DNA of 64,000 nucleotides from Octopus sinensis (lineage: Eukaryota). The position numbers and the translations under genes are program-made. Each line of letters begins with the position of its first letter. The first letter of the stretch is position 1. Below are positions 39,401 to 53,344 of this stretch, piece after piece. The notes under the pieces are model-generated. The model ran no database searches. It was given only the letters and a program-made list of their open reading frames with translations, and had not been told where the DNA came from. The DNA is taken from NCBI RefSeq assembly GCF_006345805.1, contig NC_043008.1, forward strand, positions 36,208,001 through 36,272,000. Direction: 5' to 3'.

Positions 39401-42400
39401 TGTTACCAAGTGGTGCAAGCTTGGCTGTGAGGTAATAAGTTTGCTTCTCAACCTCATGGTTTTGGTTTCTGTTCCACTGCATGGCACTTTGGACGAGTGT
39501 CTTTTACTATAGCCTTGGGCTGATAAAGGCTCTGTGAGTGGATTTGGTTGAGGGAAACTGAAAGAAGCTCCTTGTCTATATATATATATATATATATATC
39601 ACAAACCCTTTCATGTAGATGGCCCTGCTTAATCTGTTGAAAAAATGTTGGTAAAAACTCCGTAAGATGTACTCAGGGTAAGCTATGGACATATAAGTGG
39701 TGCAACAATATCAAAGGAAGGTTAACTAGGAAGATAGTTTTTGTGTGTGGCAGATGCACAGGGGCAATAAACACAGAAGATGTACAGAAAAAAGATTCCA
39801 TCATATGCCAGGGGGAAAAACTAGAAGTAGTTGACAGCTTCTGCTACATATTTGACCAAGTCTGTAGTTGGGGGTGGATGCTCAGAGCATAGCTGCTAGA
39901 ATAAGAATAGGCTGGGCAAAATTCAGAAAGCTCCTACCTCTGTTAGTAACAAAGGGCTGTTGTGCAGAGTGGAAGGTTGACTGTATGATGCATGTATGTG
40001 AACAGCCATGCTACATGGCAGTAAAACATGGGCCATGACTGCTGAGGACATGCATAGGCTTGAAAGAAATGAAGCTAGTATGATCCACTGGATGTGTACT
40101 GTCAGTGTGCATACATGACAGACTGTAAGCACCCTGAGAGAAAAGTTGGACATAAAAAGCTTCAGATATGGTATGCAAGAGAGACGACTGCACTGGTATG
40201 ATCATGTGTTGCATATGGATGAGGATAGCTGTGTGAAGAAGTGTCCCACTCTAACAGTTGAAGGAACCTGTGGAAGACATGGGATGAGGTGTTGAAGCAT
40301 GACCTTTGAATGTTGGGACTCACAGAGGCAATGACAAGAGACCAAGGGGCAAAGTTCAGGGAGCTACTATCTTTTTTGGTAACAAATGGCCTCTCCCACA
40401 TAGTGAAAGGCAGATTGACGCCTGTGTATGAACAGCTATGATGCATAGTAGTGAAACATGTTATAACTACAGAGGACCTGCAAAAGCTTGAGAGAAATGA
40501 AGCCAACATTCTCTGCTGGATGGGTAATGTAGCGAGGCATACACAACAAAGTGTAAGTGATTTGAGAGAAAAAGTGGGGATACAAGACATCAAATGTATT
40601 GTGAATGAGAAGAACCTGTGCTGGCAGGGTCATCTGATGTGTATTGATAAGAAGTGCAAAACTGTGATTGTGGAGGAAACATGTGGAAGGGGTAAACCCA
40701 GGAAGATGTCACACAAAGTGGTGAGAAAAGATCTTCAGATGTTAGGCCTTATTGAGGAGATGATGAGGGACTGAGATTTCTGGCTATTTGTTGTGCTTGA
40801 GAAGACACATCAAACTGAGTAAAACTGTGGCCATCCATACATACTAGCTATGTCTCCATTGCCTCTCTCTGTGGAGAGGTCTTTGTCTTGTGTGGTTGCA
40901 ACACCATGTAAAAAGCACTCATGCAGGTACACAGAGAAAACACTAATGCCAGCGTCACATACAGTGGCTCTTTACTCCTCGAGTTCAAATCTTGCTGAGA
41001 TCATTTTTGTTTACACCCTCTTGGGATTGATAAAATAAAGTACTGGCATTGTTTTATTTGATTAACTCCCTCCCACAAAATTCCAGGTATTGTGTCAATC
41101 CAATGGTTATGATTATTGTTGTGGATCGAAAAATGGGCCTTTGATTTTGCTTTTGTCATATTCCTGGCAGTTTATCATTATTTTCCTTTTTTGTTTTTAC
41201 TAGTATATAAAGAAAAAACTTTGCATGTTCTGACTGCTGAAGCCAACCTTAAACTATAAATGTAAACTTTATCTAAACTATAAACTGTCATGTCTATAAA
41301 CTTACTTTCTACTGTATTATTTGGCAAATATGTCCCATCATACTCTTCCTGCAGCTTTCCTTAATTGTAAATGAAATTTGTTGTGGTAAGTATGTTCAGA
41401 GGATTTTTTTCTGTCAACGGAACATGAAGATATTGTAAGTGAAAGGCATCAATCATTTCAAAAGTTCAACTGGTAAGAGAAAGACAAATTAAATTGAAAT
41501 AAGATTCATCTCCCTTCGACCAGCAATTATCTTCCCTGGATCTAAACCTACTCTGCTGCTCATTGAAGGATGTAAGGGTTTTTGTTATTTTGAGGAGAAA
41601 TATGTATATTTTTAGATTTGTGTTCATATGATGCAGGGATGCTTACATGTTTTGTTTATTTATTTTTCCAGATTTTTAAGTCTCTAGCTCTCCAGTACAT
41701 GTCAACATTTGATGCAAGTTTATTTTTGATGGTTGTCTATTTAAAGGTTTGTATGTTTCACTTAAAAAGCAAAAAAAAAACCCTTTCTGTCTTTCTCCCC
41801 CCCCCTCTCTCTCTCAAAAACAAAAGAAAACCTAAAATATAAATCTGGTATATATACTTAAAGCAGTATTAAAATAGCTATCTATGTATCATACTGAATG
41901 TATATACACTGTTGATGGCCAGTTACCACAGTATTTGTCTTCATGGTGAGCTGGCAGAATCGTTAGCACGCTGGGGCGAAATGCTTAGCGGGATTCTGTC
42001 TGCCGTTACGTTCTGTGTTCAAATTCCGCCGAGGTCGACTTTGCCTTTCATCCTTTCGGGGTCGATAAATTAAGTATCCAGTTACACACTGGGGTCGATC
42101 TAATCGACTTAATTCCTTTGTCCCCTCTATGTTTAGCCCTTTGTGGGCAATAAAGAAATAAGTATTTGTCTTAATATAACATCTTTTATGAACTTACTGT
42201 ATTAATATATATAAAAATATATAAATATATACAAAAAAAAAAATATATATATATATGTAGTTGAAATTTATAGAAAAACAAAAGACAAAGACAGGTGTTT
42301 GAACAAAAAGCAAATGTATTAGTTTGACGCTTGGGAAAATGAAAAAGTCTTTTGTGTTTCGAGCCCACACTCTTCAACAGAAAGAATTAAGAGAAAAGAA

Positions 42401-45400
42401 ACAGAGAGAGAATGAAGAAAAACTTGTAGATTTAGTTGTCAAACATGGTGAATATATGTAAATATATAGATAGTAATAACAATCAATAGATTTACTGTTT
42501 CCTTTTGTATTTATTTATTTTTTGCTGGAATAGACAAATCTCTATTTACCGATTTAAAAATATAAACAAAAAAAAAACTGATGGCCAAATGAATTAGGTA
42601 TTTGAATACTGGTTTATGGATCATAAGTTCAAATCTGATGCAGATATTTCAATGTTTTTTTTTGTTCTAGTTAGAATGCTATTTTACACTGCTTTAGTCC
42701 ACTTGTGCTGTTGGAAATAAGAACCTCAGGTTCATCTTGGAATGATGGAATGATTGTGTAAGAATAATGGAATGATCATGTAGGAATGACAGAATAATAA
42801 CAGGATTTTTTAGGAATGATGAAATGAGTATTCAAGAATGCTGGCGTGACTGTCTAGGAATGCTAGAGTTATTGTCTAGGAATGATGTAATAATTATCTG
42901 GGAATCACCAGATCATTTCAGAATGATGGACTGATAATCTAGAGATGATGAAACAGTCCAGGAACGATGGAATGACAGAATAAGCATTTAGGAACCACCA
43001 GATCATCTTTGAGTAATGGAATAATCATTCAGGAAACACCAAATCATCCAATGATAATGGAATGATCATCTAGGAATCACCAAACCTTGGAATAGAAGTG
43101 GTTTTTCTACCTTGGAATGATTTATTTTTCATCCTTTTAATATGGGAGAAGCAGCATCTCTTATAAGAACTCAAACTCAGAAAACATTTAGATTTACATT
43201 TCATTACATTAAATTCAGAAAATCCTGCTACAAACAATCATTGATCAACATTGATCAACCCCTGACTCACATCCATTGCTATTGTTATGGTTTATTCCAT
43301 TTTCCCAATTATGAAGTTAATGTATTACCTTTGCTAAGGCTTACCAAATACATCTGCTACTCTCCTTATTGCTGTCCTGGTATCATATTTCACAGGGTTC
43401 TGAATGAACCTACTCCAAACAGCCTGCTACCCTCAGGTCTGCTCTCTTGGCCTGCATTTTCCCTACAAAACATAAGCTACAGGAGTTCAAACTGAACATC
43501 ATTTGCAGCAACCTAACCAGTCAGGGTAGGCTTTCAAGTCTTATGGGTGCTGCCCTCCTTCTCAGGTTAATCTAAGAACTTCTAGAGAAACAAAATATTT
43601 TTTATAATACCAATTTGAAACAGTAGTAATTACTTGTATATTTTTAATATTTAATCAGCAGTCTCTCCCCCTCCTGCTCCTGCTCCTGCTCCTCCTGCTC
43701 CTCCTGCTCCTCCTGCTCCTCCTCCTCATCATCATCATCACCATGATGATGATGATGATGATGGCAGATCAAATTATGCCAAGGTTGACTTTGCCTTTTA
43801 TCCTTTTCGGGGGTCAATAAAATAAGTACCGGTTGAGCACTGGAAGGGAGTGGGAGGAGGAGCGATGTAATCAACTGCCCCACCCCCACCCATCCACCCA
43901 CTCAAATTTCAGGCCTTGTGCCTTTTGTAGAAAGAAATTAAATTATCTCTATACAATTCAAAAGGCAGATCAATAGTTTCTTTTCTTCTTATCACAAAAG
44001 ACCAAAGTAGATTTCGTTGGATGTACGTATAAATATTACACCATAATAATTACTCTCAGAAAATGCTCCAATTACATTGATTGAAGTTGTGTTATCTTCC
44101 AGTTCATTCATTCAAATTTTGTTTTCTATACTTGCTATTTCCTGGTTCATTCATATATTATTATTATTTTTTTCTTCCATGCTTGTATGAATGAGTTGCA
44201 CTATCTTTTTGTTAAAGCAATATGTGTTTTTGTAGCCGTATGTTTTCCCTACAACTAACCATTCAACCATGACATTGAGAGTGAAACCTGTTTAACACTT
44301 GTCAGGCAAACCAGATCAGAGTTAAATGCTTTTCTCAATGGACACGACACAATGCCTGTAGTAAGACTTGAACCATATGACCGTGTAAGACTGGTGCAAG
44401 CATGGCTGCATGAGTACAGCTTTAACTGTATGGGTGCTGGGATGGGTGTATGGGTGCAAGAATGGGTGTATGGGTGCAAGCATGGGTGTATGAGTGCTGG
44501 CATGGGTGTATGGGTGCAAGCATGGCTGCATGAGTACATCTTTAACTGTGTGGGTGCAGGCATGGGTGTATGGGTGCAAGCATGGGTGTATGGGTGCAGG
44601 CATGGGTGTATGGGTTCAAGCATGGGTGTATGGATGCAAGCATGGGTGTATGGGTGCAAGCATGGGTGTATGGGTGCTGGGATGGGTGTATGGGTGCAGG
44701 GAAGGGGGTATGGGTGCTGGGATGGGTGTATGGGTGCAAGCATGGGTGTATGGGTCTATGGGTGCAGGCATGGGTGTATGGGTACAGGCATGGGTGTATG
44801 GGTGCAAGCATGGGTGTATGGGTGCAGGCATGGGTGTATAGGTGCAAGCATGGGTGTATGGGTGCAGGCATGGGTGTATGGGTGCAAGCATGGGTGTATG
44901 GGTGCAAGCATGGGTGTATGGGTGCAAGCACGGGTGTATGGGTGCAAGCAAGGAGGTATGGGCGCAAGCATGGGGGTATAGGTGCAAGCATGGGTGCATG
45001 GGTGCAGGCATGGGGGTATGGGGGGAAGGCATGGGTGTACGGGTGCAGGCATGGGTGTATGAGTGCAAGCATGGGTGTATGGATGCAAGCATGGGGTATG
45101 GGTGCAAACATGGGGATATGGGTGCAGGCATGGGTGTATGGGTGCAGGCAGGGGGTATGGGGGTATAGGGGCAGGCACGGGTGTATGGGTACAGGCATGG
45201 GTGTATGAGTGCAAGTATGGGTGTATGGATGCAAGCATGGGGGTATGGATGCAAGCATGGGTGTATGGGTGCAGGCATGGGGTTATGGGGGCAGGCATGG
45301 GTGTATTGGTGCAAGCAAGGGTGTATGGGTGCAGGCATGGGTGTATGGGTGCAAGCATGGGTGTATGGGTGCAGGCATGGGTGTATGGGTGCAAGCAACG

Positions 45401-46140
45401 GTGTATGGGTGTATGGGTGCAGGCATGGGTGTATGGGTGCAAGCATGGGTGTATGAATGCAGGCATAGGTGTATGGGTGCAGGCATGGGTGTATGGGTGC
45501 TAGCATGGGTGTATGCGTGCAGACATGGGTGTATGGATGCAAGCATGCATGTATGGTCACAGAGTTAGCTTTACAGCCATGTGACTTCAGGTTCGACCAT
45601 GTTGCAGGAGGCACAATGAATCCATTTGTGTTACAAACATTGTCTAAAGAAAAAAAAAATGTTCCCTGATGACAAAGACACCTTTAATCAGATATTCACA
45701 TTCAAATCTGTCAGAACATTCTGAGAGTAAACAAATACATCATCATAATTTGAGGGTAGATTTAACTACTATTATTTTGGTTTTTACAAATCATTGAAAT
45801 AGACTTTCTTTAGATTGTAGCCTAGGCTGTTGTGCATGTGTAACTGCGAAATTCAATCAGCACAATTGAATTTGGTTAAATAGATTTTGGGTAAATGTCA
45901 CTTAAACCATTTCTCTTTCCAGATGGAATTTCCCCGCCAAATCTTGTTGAATTCAGAAGAGGTTCTTCTTCATAAACGTTTTGTTATGGCATCCTTGCAT
46001 CCTGCTCATAGTGTATTACATCGGCATCTGATGTTATCATGCTTGGCTGATTATATTGAATATAACGAGGTATGTTCCCTATATATATGTCTTCAGGTTG
46101 TCTATTTAATGAGTGCGCGCGCACACACACACACACACAC

Positions 46141-46171
<31 letters not shown>

Positions 46172-47732
46172 GTTCATGCAATTGAAAAAACCGCATTATT
46201 TATGGGATGACCCAATACTTACTCTTAGCAACAAAACGCTATATTTGGCATTTGTTTATCTAGAGAAAGCCTTCTATAGAATACCTCCTGTGTGATATGG
46301 TGGTCTCTGAGGAAGCTAGGGATAGACAAGTGGCTTGTGAAAGCTGTACAGGCCATGTAGAGATGTTGTCAGTAAGGTGAAAGTTAACTGTGAGTACAGT
46401 GAAGAATTTGGTGCACAGGTCAGCATTCATCAAGGCCCAGTCCTTTCATTATTGTCCTGCAGGACATAACAGAAGAATTCAAGACTGGAAGACCCAACAT
46501 ATTCTATATGTTGATGATCTTGCCCTCATAGCAAATTCTGTACCAGAGCTAGAAAAGTAAATTCCAGGTTTGGAAGCAAAACCCACAATCTAAAAGCCTT
46601 AAGATTAATAATAAAGACTAAGGTTTTAGTAAGCAAGAAAACAGACAGGACCCTACTTTCTTCAGGTAAATGGCCCTGCTTGATTTGTAGGAAAAGAGTT
46701 GGCAGGAATTCCATACGGTGTACCCAGTGCAAGCTATGGATACACAAGTGTAAGGTTATCAGAGAAAGTTGTTTTTGTATGTGGAGGATGCACAGGAGCC
46801 ATAAAAATTACAGATACTTGGGAAATTGATTTTGTCAAATACCCTGGAAGCTCTTTTAATGAAGTGGATAATTTCTGCTATGTAGGGGGCCAAATTAGTA
46901 CTGGAGGAGAAAGCATGGAGAGTGTAATAGCTAGAATAAGAATAGGATGATGATAATTCAGGGAGCTTTTACCTCTGTTGGCAACCAAGAGTTTCTCTCT
47001 AAGAGAAAGGAAGATTGCCTGATGCATGTATATGAACAGTAATGCTACATGGGAGTGAGACATGGGTCCTGAATGCAGAGGATATGTGAAGGTTTGTGAG
47101 GAATGCGGCTAGTATACTCCACTGGTTGTGCAATGTAAGTGTTCATGTTTGACAGAGTGCTAGTGTATTGAGAGAGAAAATAAGCATAAGAGGAATTAGA
47201 TGCAGAACGCAAGAGAGAAGACTGCACTGGTTTGGTCATGTGATGCAGATGGATGTTGACCTCTCCATAAAGAAGTGCTGATCACTCAATCTGGATGGAA
47301 CTCGTGGAAGAGGGAGACCCAGGAAGACATGGAACAAAGTACTGAAGGATGACCTCAAGATGCTGAATCTTGTTGAGGAGATGACAAGGGACTGAGATAC
47401 CTGGCACCTTGTACCTTGTTGCAGTCAAGAAATGTTATGGCTATTCCACTTGGTGAGGTGAAGAGGATTGGCCTGCAAGAGTCTTGTGAGGGTGCCATGT
47501 AAAAGTTGTCAGGCTGGTGCAATGTTAAAAGCACCCACATTCACCGTAAAGTGGTTGGCAGTAGGAGGGGGCACCCAGTTATAGACACCAAGCCAAATCA
47601 GACTGGAACATGGTGCAGCTTTTCTGCTTGCCAGTTCTGGTCAAACCATCCAACCCATACCAGCATGGAAAAGGGATGTTAAATGAAGATGATGATGATA
47701 TATGTATACAAGAGATAAAAACCAAGTGTTTA

Positions 47733-47793
<61 letters not shown>

Positions 47794-50700
47794 TCTGCTT
47801 CCCAGTCTCTCTATCACACTCTGACCTTTCATCATCTGACACAAGATCCCCTCTCAAAATTCCTTATCTTGCAAATTACTTGGTGACCCTGCTGGTACTG
47901 GTGCCATGTAATAAGCATCGAGTCTACACTGTAAAATGGTTCTCATTTGGCAGGGCATCCAGCTGTAAAAGCCATGCCAAAACTGACCTCACCTGTGCTA
48001 CTGCCTCGTAAAAAGTGTTCAGTTTACTTTGCAGAGTGGTTGGTGTTAGGAAGGGCATCCAGCTGTAAAAATCCTGCCAAAACTGAGACAACAGCCTGGG
48101 GTAGTCTTCTACCTGACTGGCTCCCATCAACCATCTTGCCCATGCATTCATGGAAGAAGGACGTTAAACAATGAGGATGATGATGATGATGATGATGATA
48201 TATATATAAAAGATAAAACAGAGTTCATGAAGACTGGTGGTGACCTGTGTCAACAAAAAGTAATGTTTGTTAGAAAAATCAACAGAAAAATAAAAAGGTA
48301 GAAAAGGTTGTTGTTTCAAACAGAGTCCATCTTTTGAGTTGATATGACAGAGGGGAAAAGGAAAGAATAGAATAGTTATATATCCTCTGAATTAGAATAG
48401 TTAGCTGCAACTGATATTGAACACAGAGCCATGCATGCATAGCAAGGAAGTAGTAAAAGAGGAGAAAGTTGGTGAGAGACAGAAGGAGAGAGAGAGAGAG
48501 AACTGTACTAGAAATTGGTCAGTACTCATTTTTAGTTTAGTAGATGAAGCAAAGTGAAATGATATACCTTGATCAATGAAACAACACATTGCCTGGCCAG
48601 GAATCAAACCCACAACCTTATAATCATCAGTTCAACACTCTAACCACTTAATCAAATGTAACAAAACTTACAGGTTTCTCCAGAATTTTTATTTCAATCA
48701 TGCAACAACGGACCTTGTTATTTATTTTTTTTTGTTTTTTATGATTACAGAGAGAACAATGCAAATATTCTGTGATGAATTCAGTTCCTGTCATAGCTTC
48801 AAAACAGATCGCAGACCTCAATCCAACAGCTTTTGATGATATTTCAATTCAACTAAAAAAAGTGCTTATACTTAATAAATGTCTTCCTCCTGCTTTAGAT
48901 TCTGGTAAGAAAACATATTTATTATTTATAATTTTAACTATATAAGTATATTAAGAGAAGAGTGGCACATAAAAAACACCATTTGGCAAATAAAAAGAAC
49001 CCACTATACTCTTAGAGTGGTTGGCGTTAGGAAGAGCATCCAGCTATAGAAACCTTACCAGATCAGATTGGAGCCTGGTGCAGCCTCCCAGCTTGCCAGT
49101 ACTCAGTCATAACGTCCAACCCATGCCAGCATAGGAAGCGGACATTAAATGATGATAATAATGCTGGTATTATATATACTTGTAAGTATATATAACATAT
49201 ATACTTACAAGTATATAGTGTTTTTGTTATGTATTTGTCTGAATATTTTTTTATCATACCTAATGCGCCTACTATGATAGGAATTGTTTCTGTTTTTAGG
49301 CTTCACATTCGAGTTCTCTCTATTTCCAGATCTTTGTATTTTGAAAATTTCTCCGATTCTTTTAGAGAAATATTGTCATCTTTTGGTATTGATACATTGA
49401 TCAGAAAAGCATTGTTTTCTTGCTGATCTCAGAACTATATCCAGCATATTGACCTTAATTTCTCTGTGTATTGGCATATCACAGAGTATGGTTGCTTTCT
49501 CATTTTCTGTGACCTTTTCTGGCGTGTGCCTATACCATCTTTTTCTATTGTTATTCCATAGAGTTGGCATAGCTTCTAGTGTATTATTATGATTGTTATT
49601 ATCATTACTTCCAGACAACAGCTTCCTACTGAACAACCTCCAGTCAATGAAAAAGTTAGCCCAATCCACAGATGATCCCCATGCTTGCGCCTACTATGAT
49701 AGGAATTGTTTCTGTTTTTAGATTCCACATTCGAGTTATCTCTATTTCCAGATCTTTGTATTTTGAATGTTTCTCTGTTTCTTTCAGAGAAACATTGTCA
49801 TCTGTTGGTATTGATACATTGATCAGAAAAGCATTGTTTTCTTGCTGGTCTCTGACAACTATATCTGGCCTATTAGCCTTAATTTCTCTATCTGTGTGTA
49901 TTGGCATATCCCAGAGTATGGTTACTTTCTCATTTTCTGTGACCTTTTCTGGCATGTGCCTATACCATCTTTTTCTATTGTTATTCCATAGAGTTGGCAT
50001 AGCTTCCAGTGTATTATTATTATTGTTATTATTACTTCCAGACAACAGCTTCCTACTGAACAACCTCCAGTCAATGAAAAAGTTAGCCCAATCCACAGAT
50101 GATCCCCATGCTGCTGTATCCTTGTACTGTGCCCTATTTCACTTTTACTGTCGACATCATACCTCTAAACTTGGAACTAATATTCAAAAGTAAGCCAGTT
50201 CTTTCCCAAATCACAACAGTCCACTGCAATAGAATCACTGGTGTATTCTGTTTAGTTTCACTACTGTGAAGCAGACAGAATGTGTGTGTGTATGTGTACA
50301 TGGATGTTTGTGTGTGTGGGTGTGCATGCATGTGTGTATGTGGACGCATGCGTGTATTTGTGTGTGCATGCATGTGTGTGTGCATGCATGTGTGTGTGCA
50401 TGCATGTGTGTATGTGTGTGTATGCATGCATGTATGTGTGGGTGCATGCCTATGTGTGTGCACGCATGCATGTGTGTGTGGGTGCATGTACGTGTGTGCG
50501 CATACATGCATGCATATGTGTGCAGGTGTGAATGCATGTGTGTGTGGGTGTGTGTGTGTATTGTGTGCGGGTGTGCATGCATGTGTATGTGCGGGGGTGT
50601 AGTATGTGTGTGGGTGTGTGTGTAGTGTGTGTATGTGTACATGTGTAAAAGCATGGTTCTTGGCACAGGCATGATTAAAAAGTTCAATTTGCAACCATGT

Positions 50701-52441
50701 GGTATTAGATTTGTTCCTTCTGTGTGCCAATGTGGACAAATGTCTTACTTTAGAACTGGGGTCAATGTCTCATGAGTGAAATTAGTAGACACTGTAGAAA
50801 CTGTAAAGAAGCCATCCATATATATTAAGCTATATCGGTCTAACTTGGTGGCCTTTCCCTTGGATAAACATCAATGATTTTGAGACTTTCATGCATGGTC
50901 TACTGCTAGTCTTCATCAGAAAAATCTTGTCCAAGGCTGCTCACACTTGTACATATGTATGGTTGGTCTAGTCTGATGGAGGTCCCTTATATGAGCTCCT
51001 GGATTTTATGGCTTTCAAGCTTTGCAAAAGACACATATTTCCCAGGTCAGTGAGAATCTGTCCAAATGTGATATTAGATTTAATGAGGCTGCTGATTTTC
51101 TTATGGAGATACACTTAATAGCAAAAGTGGATCGGTTAGTGCTGAGGACATAACGAGATCTTTTTACATTGTGGACTCCTCTCTTATGAAAACAGAAGCA
51201 GATTCCAAAGAAGAAAGAGACAAAATGGTTAGAGTGATTTATTTGTCTTGAAAATTACTTTAGAGACCTTCACTCATGCCAGAATTATGGAGAAAAGCAC
51301 CCAGTGCATCCTGCAAAGAAATTGGCATTAGGAAGGCAACCCAGCCACAGACACTATGCCAAAACAGACATTGGAACTCAGTGCCATCCTCTGCTTCATT
51401 GGATCCTGTCAAACCATCCAATCCATGCTTGCATGGAAGGCAAGTGTAAATGAAGACGACGACGATGATGATGATGATGATGATAATGGCACAATGTCAT
51501 AGATTTCAGGAAAAGTCAACTGAATTGGTATCAATGCATATCTGGTACTTTTTCTGTCAAATGTTGGAGGCATGGCAAAGGTTGATCTGATTACTACCTC
51601 ATGCAGATTGACCCATGTAGATTGAAATTTGGTCCTCGTTGTTCCTTGTGAATTATTAGAAGCAGTAGAGTATTGAACAAACTGCCTTACAGTTTATATT
51701 CTGGTCTTTTGCGTCCTGAGTTCAAATCCCACCAAGGTCAACTTTGCCTTTCATCCTCTTGGCTGCAGTTAAACAAAATACCAGTCGAAGACAGTGAATT
51801 TATGAAATTGTTAGAGAACCAAATGGATGAAATACTGTGGTATTTGTCCTGCTTTTTGGTTTCCAAGTTCAAATCCTGCTGTCTCATACAACCATTATTG
51901 GAAGCAATTTGGATGCCACTGATTACACACCTGTAGTTAACAATGGACAGCATTGGAGTGATGTATGATATTCAACAAACTCAACATATGATACCTGCTA
52001 TTGATAGTGATTTGTTGAGGGAAATTTAGTTGCTACTTTTAGCAGATAAAAGTCTATGTTGAAGCTTCCTCACCAGTTCCTGTGGTTACCATTTTGAAAA
52101 CAATAGTCAATTTATTGATCAGGGTTTGGCTGTTAGATTAAGCAGATCAAGTCACTGAGCAAATGATTTTGTTTACTTTTATTATACTATACTGTTTTTA
52201 TAAATGGAATATGTCAGGTTTAAAATGTGGGTCAATAAACACATAATGATTAATAGCTGATTAATGGATTGATTGATTGAGTGATTGATTGATTGATCTG
52301 TATATTTCTTTCAATAGCCTAATGCTGGAATTGGTGTGTTCAAATTCCAAATTTATTCCTTACACTCTGGACTTCCTCATGCAAGTTGAGAAAGATGTAC
52401 CTGATAGGTGAGTAGAACTTACAGTATGTCCATTTCATTCC

Positions 52442-52483
<42 letters not shown>

Positions 52484-53256
52484 ATATACATTGCTGTTAC
52501 CATCCACCGCTATCATCACCATTGTCAGGTGTCATCATCATCATCATTGTCACCAACACCACCACCATTATCAGCATCACTCCTTCCATATATTTCCACC
52601 ACTACCACCACCACCCATTATCATCACTACTATCATGTTAATGGCTATCATTAGCATCACCATCCTCATCATCATCATCATCATCATTGTCCCTACCACT
52701 GGCACCACTTCCACCACCACTTACCTCCAGTTATTACCTCTATCACCACCACCTCCACCACCACACTAATTATTATAATCACTATTGTGCTAATGACTGT
52801 CATCAATCATGATCATCATCGTGATCATCATCATCATCACCATTGTTACTTTATCATCACTTCCATTGCTGTTATCCTCCATCGTCATTGTTATCACAAA
52901 CCGACAAGGGAGCCTCTATATGGTCACTTAAACTGTTAGAAATAACAGCCAGTTCTCCTTCAAATCATACCCTACCATTCTGAGAGAGGAATCCCAAATG
53001 TGTTTCACCTGGTAAAATTGGATGGTTACAGCTATAGCCTTTGATTGACCTGGTACTAATCTTCATCATCACCACCACCACCATCACCATCATCATCATC
53101 ATCATCATTATCATCATCATCATCATCATCATATTGTTTTCATTCTTATTGTTATTATTATTATTATATACTCTGACTTTTCTGATGTCTCTTTTTGTTT
53201 TTCTGATTTTTCTTGTGTGGGACATATTTTTGTGTAATGAGAGCTTGATGGTGGTT

Positions 53257-53303
<47 letters not shown>

Positions 53304-53312
53304 GTTATTGTT

Positions 53313-53344
<32 letters not shown>

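Noticed and set aside
44400-45545. CRISPR-like array
   Set aside because: The repeats are contiguous with no unique spacers, the context is eukaryotic and there are no cas genes.
44255-45669. Multiple 100-330 aa Cys/His/Pro- or Gly/Trp/Val-rich ORFs (metallothionein-, keratin-associated- or reflectin-like appearance)
   Set aside because: All arise from a stop-free 20-bp minisatellite and are open in all six frames. The unit is not a multiple of 3, and there is no codon-position bias.
49672-50193. 173-aa plus-strand ORF as a single gene
   Set aside because: It is a chimera of antisense LINE sequence, a (TTA)n tract and the real AP5B1 exon 50042-50189.
50134-50739. His/Thr- and Cys/Val-rich ORFs
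   Set aside because: Degenerate (TG/CA)n microsatellite translations.
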